Below, one piece after another: positions 23,642 to 34,994 of a DNA stretch of 64,000 nucleotides (position 1 is its first letter; every line of letters starts with the position of its first letter). This stretch comes from Pseudogymnoascus verrucosus. Taxonomy: Eukaryota. Below the pieces are notes generated by a model. That model was not told the DNA's origin and did no database searches. It saw nothing but the letters and a program-made list of their open reading frames with translations. The translations under genes were made by a program, and so were the position numbers. The DNA is taken from the NCBI GenBank assembly GCA_001662655.1, contig KV460210.1. One strand, 5' to 3'.

Positions 23642-25567
23642 ATGAAGCTCACAAACCCCCACGATGTGCCTGTGTACACTATTTCCGGGAGCGATACCGC
23701 AAGGCCGCTCCCAGACTGGCTTGCTAGGAAAAGGAAGCGCAGTTTGAAGAACGATGCGGAATACCAAAATCGTGTGGAGCTGCTTCAAGATTTCGAATTC
23801 GAAGAGGCGAGCGCCTGCGTTCGAACCAGTGATGATGGTGACTGGGTTATGAGCACTGGAACCTATAAACCACAAATCCATACGCATTATTTGCCCCATC
23901 TCTCTCTATCTTTCGCTCGACACACAAGTTCCCTCAACTACACCTTCATCCTTCTCTCGTCCGACTACTCGAAATCTTTGCATCTACAAACCGACAGGAG
24001 TCTCGAATTCCACACGCCCGGTGGATGCCATTACCGTACACGCCTCCCTCGATACGGTCGCGATCTGAAATATGACAAACATCTGGCCGAGGCTATTATT
24101 CCTGCCGTCGGCGTTAATTCCGACGGGAGTGGCGAGGTATACCGCCTGAATCTCGAAGTTGGAAGATACATGAAGCCATACCAGGTGGACGTTGGTGGAG
24201 ATGACATGACGACTTCAGGAGGCGGTGCCCTGCAGGGAGGAATTAATACTGGAAGTGTGAACGTTGCTGCTATTGCAGAAGACAGCCACAACCTAATGGC
24301 ATTCGGAACATCAATAGGAACAGTGGAGTTTTGGGATTCGAGGTCAAAGTCAAAGATCGGCATGCTGTCAGGTCACCAAGGCGGTGTCACAGCTCTCGAT
24401 TTCGCCAGATCTGGGTTATCCTTAGCTACAGGAACCTCCGAGGGTATTGTTCAGATTTTCGACCTGCGAAAGTCGGTGCCGTTGTTGAAAAAGGATCAAG
24501 GATACGGCTACGCTATTCAAACTCTCATGCACCTCACGACATCGTCTCAGGAAAAGAAGATCCTTTCGGCTGATAAGCGTATCATCAAGCTTTGGGATGA
24601 AGCAGACGGCACACCATGGACATCTGTCGAACCGGCTGTCGATATCAACTGCGTCGCGCATTGCAAAGATAGCGGTATGCTCTTGACGGCGAACGAAGGC
24701 AAGCAACAACACTCGTTCTTCATCCCACAACTCGGCCCAGCGCCAAAGTGGTGCGGATTCCTGGACAACATGGTTGAAGAGATGGCCGAAGAGGAGACTA
24801 CCGAGACCTACGACAACTACAAGTTCTTGACATTACCAGAATTGAAACAGCTCAACATGGGCCACCTTGTTGGTACCACCAGCTTGTTGCGACCATATAT
24901 GCACGGTTACTTCGTTGCTTCGAAGCTCTACGAGCAAGCCCGCCTTATCGCGAACCCATACGTATGGGAAGAGGAACGCACCAAGAAGATCAAGGAGAAG
25001 GTTGAAAAGGAGCGCGAGAGCAGAATCAGAGGCAGCGGCAAGAAGGTCAAGGTCAACCAGAACCTCGTGGATAAGATGCTCAAGAGACAGGAGAGGAGAG
25101 AGAAGGTCGATGAGGACAGGGGTGTCCTGGGCGACGATCGTTTCGGCAAGCTGTTCGAGGATGAAGAGTTCGCCGTCGACGAGAAGAGTAGGGAGTTCCA
25201 GATGCTCAACCCCAGTACCAAGGTTGGAGACGGAGCGCCCAGGCCTCGCGGAACCAAGGAGAACAGTAGCGATGAGAGTGAAGGCGAGAGCGAAGACGAG
25301 ATCGCGGCCAAGCCGAAACCCGAGATGCGCATTTCTTCATCCTCGTACAAGAAGTCCGGACATCAAAAGAGGGATACTGCTTTGGGATCAAGAGCGCAAC
25401 CAAGTGGTCGGGGTGACAGGAAACGGGGCGACGTGGTTGGTGAGAGACAAATCACGTTTGCGCCAACGGTCAAGACGAAGGAGAGGGAAGCGAAGCCGGA
25501 ACAACCTAAGCAAGGCAAACGAGACAACAGGCGAAGTGCAAGTGGAAATGTATTCCGACAACTATAA
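23642..25567 (+). CDS. ENP2: Ribosome biogenesis WD40 protein Enp2/NOL10 (641 aa, single exon)
   Basis: RVELLQDFEFEEAS, TGTYKPQIH, FFIPQLGPAPKWC, YDNYKFLT, LRPYMHGYF, NUC153-like DDRFGKLFEDEEFAVDE. Confidence 0.96.
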   Translation: MKLTNPHDVPVYTISGSDTARPLPDWLARKRKRSLKNDAEYQNRVELLQDFEFEEASACVRTSDDGDWVMSTGTYKPQIHTHYLPHLSLSFARHTSSLNYTFILLSSDYSKSLHLQTDRSLEFHTPGGCHYRTRLPRYGRDLKYDKHLAEAIIPAVGVNSDGSGEVYRLNLEVGRYMKPYQVDVGGDDMTTSGGGALQGGINTGSVNVAAIAEDSHNLMAFGTSIGTVEFWDSRSKSKIGMLSGHQGGVTALDFARSGLSLATGTSEGIVQIFDLRKSVPLLKKDQGYGYAIQTLMHLTTSSQEKKILSADKRIIKLWDEADGTPWTSVEPAVDINCVAHCKDSGMLLTANEGKQQHSFFIPQLGPAPKWCGFLDNMVEEMAEEETTETYDNYKFLTLPELKQLNMGHLVGTTSLLRPYMHGYFVASKLYEQARLIANPYVWEEERTKKIKEKVEKERESRIRGSGKKVKVNQNLVDKMLKRQERREKVDEDRGVLGDDRFGKLFEDEEFAVDEKSREFQMLNPSTKVGDGAPRPRGTKENSSDESEGESEDEIAAKPKPEMRISSSSYKKSGHQKRDTALGSRAQPSGRGDRKRGDVVGERQITFAPTVKTKEREAKPEQPKQGKRDNRRSASGNVFRQL

Positions 25568-25711
25568 GTCTAGCTACCTCATGAAATACCCGATATACCC
25601 AAAGCGCCTTGCTAGTCCCGTATCCACGAGCGAATTAACGCCGAACCAACCCGTCAATACACATAACCCATCAGTACATATCTCATCGACCCCACTAATC
25701 TCTCATCACGA

Positions 25712-26351
25712 CTACCTCTCAGTCTTCCTTCCCCACTTGGCAAACTTGCTAGGCGCTTTCATCTCAATCGCATCCGCCTTTATATTTGCCTTTTCGAGAT
25801 CCTCATTCGTTATCCTTGGCGTCGGAGGCACCTCGTCAATCTTCGACATGCCCCTCGAGTTTCTCTTGGGGTTGCGCACGTTCTTTGGGAATTCGGATCG
25901 GCGTGGAGTAAGAGCAGTTGCGACGCGCTTGGCGGACTTTCTGATACTGGCGCGGATCTCCCAGGACCTCTTCTTCGCCAGGTAAAATAGGACAGACGAA
26001 ACAACTGAGAATGGTCAGATAGAGGCTCGCTGGAGTATCTATGGTCAACATACCTCCGAATACCACGACAAATCCAACGACAACACCAATTGCGATAATT
26101 CCTCCCCTCGATATGGTGACAGACCCGCTACTCGGACCAGCAGCGCCGGCGTCGTCCCCACTTGGAGTGTTAGATGCTGGTACAGGATCTGTGAATAGGG
26201 CCGCGAATTCCTTCGAGGCAGAGGCTTGAGCGGCAGACATTTCGGGTGTATTACCAGTCGGAGTTGGAGTTGGCGTATTGTTATCTTGGGCGAAGGTCAA
26301 AAAGGCAAGATGTAGCCAGCAGCAGGCGGTAAATAGAATTGAAGACCCCAT
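25712..26351 (-). CDS. Small type-I single-pass membrane protein (~196 aa); exons 26351-26054, 26004-25712
   Basis: Signal peptide, Ser/Thr/Pro-rich ectodomain, TM IIAIGVVVGFVVVFG|VVSSVLFYL, basic tail AKKRSWEIRASIRKSAKRVATALTPRRSEF. Intron GTATGT...CTGAC...CAG. Confidence 0.85.
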
Positions 26352-28246
26352 TATATCGTGACAGCGACCCCTCCCAATATATGAATGGCAGCAGTGAGAT
26401 GTTACTCTGTGGCGCGCAGAATCGAGATTTAGCCAGCCGTCCCGCGTGTGATAGTGATATTGACTGATTCAGCGAGGGGGCGCACAAATGTAACGGTGAT
26501 GGGGTGAAATGTGCGGCCATGCCTGTTTTATGGGCTTTCTGTACGCATATCATCACGCCAGGGACGGCCAGTAATTGGGTCTCCCTCCCCATCCTGCCAA
26601 GCTGTGAAACTGCGAGTTGAGATATTCTCACCAGGGGATCCTTCTCTTGATGCCGATCGCGGTTGTGATTGGCGAGAGTCAATCGTTGCCGCCGACGCTC
26701 AGCGCTTCGGTGGTGAGCAAGGGTCGTGGTGCGCCAATGAGAGTGCGAGGCTTGGTGATGAGTTTAGCGGGCAGGACGACTGCCGGTGCGTGGAGACACC
26801 ACTCCATACCACGCTCCACACCACAGCTGTCAAAGTCGACACTTACAATCTTACCCAAGGTCTTGGAAACGGAGAGTGCACAGGATTGACTCTAATATTA
26901 ACCTTCTGACGCCGAATGTATGGCCTTGGCCGTTGGATTGTCGACCCAAGGCATTCTTATCAGTCGTTCGTTGGAGAACTTGGCACTTCGTCGATGTTTG
27001 CCGCAGTCCACTCGTCGCTGCTTGAGGTCGTCGTCATCATCCATGATCTCCAGAGCGGCTGGTGAATCGCCCATCAAATGCGCCGTGGTGATCGGCGCCT
27101 AGCTTTGGCTTGCGGTGAGGGCAGACGTGGCTTTGTCGCCGAGCCAGGTTTCGACATCAACACAACTACTGTGGAGGGAATGAACAGGAACTGTAAGTTT
27201 TGAGGTCTCTATCTCAACCCTTACGATGATATCTGAATCTATTCAGCCATGAGACTTGTTGTATGTTGAAGTATGGAACCATATCTCATTTCAATCCTCA
27301 TCGCCGACCTATGTGACGGCGCCTCCAGTCTACCCATGGGTTTCAACTATGGAACAGATGTGTGCCCTGCATCCGTTCTCCCAACGAAGAAAGGTGCCCT
27401 TCAAATATGTTTGTGCTTCTATTTCCCTCACTTCCTCATGTTGGTGCGGTAAAAATAATTATATTAAGCGCCTGCCCACAAATTTATCCCTGGCTTCTAT
27501 TTTCTATGTCGCAAGCCCTGAAAGCCACGAATCCTCTATGCACTGCAAAATATTACCATGGACCTCCCTCTATTTATGGATGTCCGACTGTGGAATATAT
27601 TCAGCGAGGCAGACCCGTGATATTCTGATATCTCCCATGTTGTCCCTTGAGGAGCCATCTTGTCTCTCCCCAATACAGTTACAACAGGTAATGGCGGCCT
27701 CACTTCATATTTATACATTTATCTGAACGTAAATTATTATACAAGCGTGGTTACGTTGTAAATACAATTGTATTCCATATGGTAGTGCAGTGATGTGGTG
27801 TTGTTTCTGTTGATTCTTGGCAGTCACGATGACCTGTATCGTTCCTTCCTTCCGAAGACCAAAAATCGTAGTATCCTACTACAGCATCCGATTTACCCAT
27901 CCGTCTGTCACTGCCATCAAAGTTTAAAACTATCCGCTCGTCCACTTCTTTCTGTTCTTCTATCCTTCACTTTCTCTCCGCAAAATCGTTTGTATTTGCT
28001 CTGCTCTGCCTTCCTTCGCCTTCTCTTTGCCCAAACTCCTTCGTAGTTCACTGTCTACGAAGCTAAAGGTATTTTTTGGAAGGTGTACCGGCTTCAGACG
28101 GGCATCTACAACGCCAGGTGAGCCAGGCAGACCCGTTCAAGTAAGTTTTTTGAAGCACATTTAACATAACATAATATAGCAGCAACGTGGAATTCCGAAA
28201 CAACTGAGCTGTGACTACAGCCACATCATGAGGCTTGGTTGACGCC

Positions 28247-31200
28247 ATGGATGAGCCTATGCAAGATGTCTGTGCAGATCCCATCAAAAATGGTGCTGAG
28301 GAAACCCAGTATGTTTCTGTCGAGATTGACACCCAGGCGACCGATGGATACGATGACGCTTTGCTTGACAAGGACTCATTCAAGCAAATCTCAAACGTAG
28401 AGCCAAAAGCCCTTCCAGTGCCCAATCCAGAACCTCGATATGCAGTGCCACTAGATCAAGATGAGCCTGTTATGGACTTCAAATTCGCAAAGCCGGCTCA
28501 TACAACACCCATCTTCAGGCCCACCAGACCCAGTGCCAATGCCACCAGAGTTCCTTCACGCAGAGGCCCAACCTCCTCGTCCGAAATATGTAGCGGTACC
28601 CAGGAACCTCATCGTAAGAACCCATATGAGTTTTTGCCGAAACTACACTAACTATTCTCCAGAGGTAAGTACGACAAATGGGCCACGTACAATTAGTGAA
28701 GCCAAGGTGTTCGTAGAAGCTACTATGAAAAACAACGAGGCTGAACCGGCGATGGAATTTGAGGCAAGCCAACGCCCTGCTCTCAAGCAAAAGGACTCAA
28801 ATGCCCAACTTTCAACAAATATACCTACGGCACAACAGAAGCGAGGGGTTAGCTTTGCTGGAGGTTCAATTGATACTGATCGGCAACCCATTCAGTTAGT
28901 ATATAAGCCCTATATTCCAAGCAGCTCTAACATGTGTTTGTAGGTATCTGAGACCACAGCAGACTCGACCGTTCACATCTATGTCTCTCCCGTTCCCAGA
29001 CGTACAGTCTCAGACCAAGAAGATATATAGGTCAGCATTACGCAGAACAACCCCGCCACAACAATGTGCACCTTCCCCAGGACATGGATCTCCCTTTGGT
29101 CCTAATTTCGAGAACCGAGCACAGTCGCCGGCTGCCACCGGCGATACTGACTATGAGCAACTGAGTTCGCACACACCATCCAAATATATTGCCAACGAAA
29201 CGTGCAGGGCTAGCATTTGTTACACAGATAATGATCGGATTGGAAAGTTGTCTCGTGCAAATATGCCTTTCCCTGAGACTACGTATTCAGCGAACCAACA
29301 TTCAGACGGCAATAGCCAAAGAATGCACGAAAGCAGCAGGCCAACAGTAGCTAATAAATTGGGACGCAAAAGAGATCTAGAGATCAGCAGTCCTTGTGTC
29401 AACCTACAAAGCAAAGCCCAGGTCAGCCCTGAATTATCTCCAGAAGGGCATAATCTGAAGGAATCGGCCGATGGTCGTGGGCTCACAACACAACAGCGAG
29501 AAGTTACAACCTACTCTGGACAGGCCAGCAATCTATCCAACGAACTACTCCAGGGCATAGAGGCTCACGTGGAAAAAGAGAAACAAAAATTATTTGAGCA
29601 GATGCAAGAAAAAGATGCAAAAATCAATGAAGTCTCCAAAAAGAACGAGGATTACGAGGAAACCATCAATGAGCTTAGAAGAACCAATGCATCTCTATCT
29701 GAAAGGTTTGCAACGATGAGAGAGAAAGCAGATGCGCTAGATGATAGTCTAAACTCGCAACTTGAGGAGCACAAATCACTTGGAGATTTTGTGACAAAGC
29801 ATAAATCACAAGCTGTAGAATACAGGCACGAGGCAGAAAACATGAGAATGTCACTCAATGAGGCAAAGAGCAACCTTCAGAGCCTTCAACTCTACCAGCA
29901 AAATTCCAAAGCTAGGTTAGAAGAAACCAGAGTGCTAGCCATAAGCCGTAAGTCAACTCCACGGTGTTCTATAACTTTATTAATACAGGCCACAGAAATG
30001 GAAAGTTTCAAGTCGGTGAAAGAAAGTCTCGAGACGTACAAAACCAAGCTACAAGAGGAAATGGAGAAGTCGCGACTGCTCCAAAAAGAGCTCAAGGCAC
30101 AACATCTAGAGGGAGGTCTGAAGGATACCATCAAAGACCTTCTTGATAGTCACTGCTTGAGCGTCAGCGACCGGCTAGCTATTCAAGAGAACAAACTATC
30201 GGAGGCTATCAGCAATACTGACAGAGAGAATCAAAGCAGGCTTTCTGACTGCCTAAGACTACTTGAGTCGACAACAGGAAATCCTCCACAGGCACCAAAG
30301 GAGGTGCTGGAATTGACGGGCCTAATTGAAGCCCTGTCTACAAATATCAACGATCGTCTCCAAAGCGCAGACGATGGCAGTGAGACCTTGCGAAATGCCG
30401 GAACTGAGGTTATGGAAGCATTAAAGGCTCGCGTTGAGGCTCTCTTTGAAATACAGGATTCCAGGAAAGAACTTGACGACCGGATATCATCTCTGAAGAT
30501 TGATAATGCACGTCTAGAATTAGTCTCTAGAGGGCTCGAAGAAAGAATTCTAGAGCTTCAGATTCAATTGACCGCCAAGGAAATCGAACTTGACAGGTGC
30601 CGAGCAGAGTCCAATGTGAAAACTGAGTGGAATCGGACTCAATTGGATGATAGGCAAAAGGAAATCGATAGATACCGGGAAAACCTAGGCACAAAGGTGG
30701 ATGAGCTACGAAAGGCCCAGGGAAAGATAGAATCTGGGTCTGTTGCTCAAAATAAGCTGACAGATCTCCAAGCAACCCATGCAAAGGCTGTCAGTGACTT
30801 GGCAGATGTTACAAAAAAGTTGACGGACTGCGAGGCGGCTTTGGCGGAGCAAGGAAAAGCAGCCCAAGCTATGCAAGTGAAACACGCAGATCTCGAAGAA
30901 AGACTGAGTTCTGCAGAACAAACAGCTATTGATGTCGAGCAAGAGATTTCGCAACTCAAAGCAAGCGCAAGTGAGAGCCTCAGGAGACAAAGGGTGGAAG
31001 CAGAAACGGATAGGAGGAAGTCCCTAGAGTCTGAAAAGAGGAGTCATGTGCAAAAGGCTTCAAATCTCCTCCGTTTACGAGTAGAAGCCGAAGCAATTGC
31101 AGAAGGGCTAAAAACAGAGTCTAAAAAACTTGAAGGAGACGTGGCAAAGAAGGATCAATTGATACGAACCCTCGAAACGGAGAAGGCCACCCTTGAGGGT

Positions 31201-32646
31201 AAACACAAAGAACAGGCAGAGAGATTGGCCCAATTAGACCAGTGGTCTAAATCTCAAGCTAACGAATGCCACTCATTGACCGATGCTGTGAAGTCAACCG
31301 CCTTTGATATAGCCCAACTTGAAATAAAGCTTAAACAGAGTGTAGAAAAAGCAGCTGCGGATTCTCGAATCGTGAACAATATCACTGATACCGTTGAGGC
31401 TATCAAGCGCGAATATCTCGTAGTTACGAGCCGCTTGGAGTCATACGAGGGAATTGAAGCCAAGGTCCAGGACTACTGCCGGAAAGCTGGCATACTCTTC
31501 GAAGCCAACGCAGCACTAGATGCAATTTTAGAGATTCTTGCTGGATCTGAGAGTCGAGCCTCAGGCGTCGCCAGGACCCCATCGCAAAACAGTGGCCTCA
31601 GTAGCGGGACTAAATCATGGGCCTCTAATGGCCAGGCTACCTCTTTTACTCCTAAAGTTGTGCGTCTTCAAGTCCCGGATTCACCTGAAATACCGGACTC
31701 TCAGACGCCTTCTGCACCAAATTCAAGCCCGTTGCCGAGACAGGGAGTTAGAAGCAACATTTCGCAACTCAATCATGTCCTTACCAACACAACCATTCCC
31801 ATCAAGGGCCATTTTGGGGAGATTATCAAAAAGTTTAACACCCAAGTGGCTGGATACCGCGAATCAAGAACTATAATGGATCCAAAAGATGACCGTCGCG
31901 ACTATCCGTTACACGCGCCCGAGATCGAAGACAGCCAAGATAAAGGCGGCGGATTCACTCGCAGCCCCAGCTACAGCCCACTAAGTGAGACGAACTCTAG
32001 CGAATTTGATCAACCTGACGACTACTATATGCTGGCTTCCGATCGCACAGAAAATAAAAAGGGGCGGATGGAAGAGACGACCAGAGGACAACGTCCAACA
32101 GGAGCTTCCAAAAAGGCTGATGTTAAACCACCTAAAGCAGAAGAATATAAGCCATCGTCCAAAGTGCAGGTCACAATTGGCCCAATGAAAAGCTGCCTAA
32201 AGCAAACCTCGCCCATAAAACATTCGGTGGATGATTTGTCACTGTTGCCGAACGATACAGTTAAGACGCCACTGTCGGATTCAACGTCAATAAAACCACG
32301 GCCAAGCCGACAAATCTCAAAGGCTCGATCGGCATCAATTTCCAAAGTCCAAGACCCAACCAAGAAATTTCCTTCTGATAGCAATCTTATCCGTGGTGGA
32401 AGTACTCCGAGGTCCGATTCTAACCCTTCTTCAATAATCTCTACGCGACCCAAGGGCATTAGTTCCGAATATAACCTCCGAAAACGTCACAGGAGTTCGG
32501 CCTCAAGTGTTATGGGATCTGAACCTCCTACCAAGCAAACAAGATTGTCGCTCCCTGCTGGCCAAGCGTTTCGGCGTGTCTCGCCCTTCGTCTCAGAGGC
32601 GAGCAAAAGGCGAGAGAGCGCGGGGCCATCTCTTGGGTCCCTATAG
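28247..32646 (+). CDS. Large central coiled-coil protein of unknown function (~1417 aa); exons 28247-28613, 28663-28894, 28944-29947, 29996-32646
   Basis: Three phase-consistent GT-AG introns link ORFs 28235, 28461 and 28981. Long E/K/L/Q heptad region flanked by S/P/T-rich disordered ends. The start codon is uncertain. Confidence 0.75.
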
Positions 32647-33319
32647 TGATGGATTGTTGGAATTTCTCGCAAGGTCGAAAACATATTTCTTATTATATAT
32701 TTAGCAGGCCCGCCTACGAAGCCTGGGGGGTTGAAGCTTTATTTGCTGGAGAAGGCGGTGTCGAGCTTGTGGAGGGGAGGATCCGATTGCAGATGATGCA
32801 CCCTATGTTCTTTATATTGACGTTGCTGAAAGAGGACATTCCTGTTGCTATATCATATTGGTGATTGATATACTTATGAGCTTGTAAGATCGATTTCAAT
32901 CGATTTTGAGGGGCAGAGAAGGAACGGGATATTTGTTAACATAGCTATTGCTGTCACTTATTCATGTCAAGGGGGTATCAGTCGCCCAAAAAGAAGGGGG
33001 CATATGAATCGCTGGGAAGCTATAGCACCACATTGCACAAATAACGAGACAAATATGGCTGGAATGAGCTTGTTGCTTTTCAACATTTGCTCTGGCTTCG
33101 AGGAGCCTCTGGCTTTAGATATCTCTTTTATACACTATCAATCCATCTCAAGCTTGTCCCAACAAACGCCGTGAATGCCGTCATGCCATATAATACAACC
33201 ATTCCTCCTCCCCCACGGGGTCACCCTGAGCTCCGCAAAGCTCCTCCTCAGTCCAACCCCCCTGGCCTTGTCCCTCCCCAAGCCGCCCTCTCCTCGAGAT
33301 CGTATCCCCTTAACACCGC

Positions 33320-33719
33320 CTACTTCTTCCTCTTCTGCTCCAGAAACAGAACCTGTTTGCGCACTGTCATGCCATCGTTAGCAAAAGCCCTCACAATCCG
33401 CCTAAAGGCGCATGGAGCTCCAAACGTACCAACAGGATCGTATTTCAGCATGCTCAGCGGGCGATGCACGCGCGGGCGGATTAACGTCTTGTAGTAGCCT
33501 GTCATGGCCATGGAGATGAGGCGCACGGCAATCGTGCGGGATTTGGCTGCGGGAGGGGGTTAGCTGTGTTCTCTTCTCTTGGTTGAATGTTCGGTGCGGT
33601 TGTTCGCGGTTGAGTCGGTCTGGGTATAGCTCCCGTAGAGGGAGGGATTATGGAGGCGCGGGCAGATGCGCGTAAGCGCTCCGTCGAGTAGAAGGGGGAT
33701 GCGTACCTTTTTTTGCCAT
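33320..33719 (-). CDS. MRPL39: Mitochondrial ribosomal protein bL33m (57 aa); exons 33719-33707, 33546-33430, 33363-33320
   Basis: Spliced product [57 protein letters not shown], a typical L33 sequence. Confidence 0.93.
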
Positions 33720-34206
33720 GGTGAGGGTTGTGGTGGGGAATTGAGGCGTGGGTTGTGAGGCTTCGAGATGTCGTCGGGATTTGGGGATTGGGAAATTCTA
33801 GGTCATGTGATCTTGATTATTTTATTGCGGCCATATATTTATGGTTACACATTTTGAGCGCCCAGGCCACTGTTGCCTGAACATGTGATCAAGCGATCCC
33901 TAATTGGGTCTAAGTGGTCCCATAAAAACAGCTGATGCCTATAATTACCCACACGTGATACCGTGTTAAGTTCGCGTCGGTCGATCTTTCGGCCCAAATC
34001 ACCAATAATTTGTTCGAGAGCATGGGATTGTGGCTATGATGCCTCAATGCTTCGTATGGGTAGGTTCGGCTTCTCTGTCTCTAGATTTCTATAAAACTAT
34101 GGTATTTCCCAATTCCTCTCTTTCATTCTTCAATTGAAGTCCTTTTCACAATAGAAGCACCTCTGTTTGTTACTATCAACCACTCATACTTCCTTTCTCT
34201 TCCGCA

Positions 34207-34994
34207 ATGGCTGCCACAGGCTTGATAGACCGATATCTGGCTCTGCCAGGAGAGCTTCAATCTATGATCCTCGCTTTCTGCACAAACAATGATCTCGTCT
34301 GTCTTAGTCTTGCCAAGTATATAGTCGCTCTCTCTTCAATTGCAAAGAGTCCTCACTAACTCACCCAGCAAAAAACTCCATTCCCTCTTCGCCCTTCCTA
34401 AACCAGCGTCCCTTTTCAAAAACGAGATCCTTGTCTCGCCCCGCCACTTAGAACTTCTACCCATCCCCCACCAATGCTACACACACTCGTGGGCAGAGAA
34501 CAGTGTCCGCCCCTTCGACAGATTCTACGAGCACTTGTGCAGACCCAAAGGGTGTTTTCACGATGAAAAATTCGACTGCGAGTTATGGACCCGGCTGCGT
34601 GACTGGATGCCAAATAACACACGCTACTGCGGCGGATGCCGCCGATTTACGAAGCGTGATAAGAGACGGCGGAAGGGAGCTTGTAAGTCAAATTTTCTAC
34701 TGTTTATATAGACGGTGCCATTAACACCATGCAGGCAAATGCACGCGGCCAGGCCGCCAGCCGACGGGCAACAATTGGACCTACAGGAAGTATATAGGCT
34801 TCCACAGGACCTTCTGGAAACTACACTATACCGAGGCGGACCTGGCGAAGGTGGTACGGCGATACCTGGACCCGCGAACGAATACTTCGCCGTATGGACT
34901 GAGAGAACGTATAAAGCCATCTCGGAAGCTGATCGAGCACACAAGCAACCAAAACTATACCCAGGACTCGAGGGGAGTGTGGTGCGAGAACTGA
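34207..34994 (+). CDS. Small F-box-like protein with a Cys/His-rich region (~227 aa); exons 34207-34316, 34369-34682, 34735-34994
   Basis: N-terminal YLALPGELQSMILAFCTNNDLVCLSLANKKL fits the F-box pattern, followed by HQCYTH, HLC, YCGGC and CKC. Introns GTATAT..CTAAC..CAG and GTAAGT..TTAAC..CAG. Confidence 0.7.

Noticed and set aside
24867..25985. 372-aa ORF overlapping ENP2 and the membrane-protein gene
   Set aside because: Alternate-frame plus antisense shadow with low-complexity Arg/Ser content and a TTG start.
26400..28200. Several short ORFs between the membrane-protein and coiled-coil genes
   Set aside because: No recognisable domains or consistent spliced model; probably promoter and 5'-UTR sequence, possibly with UTR introns.
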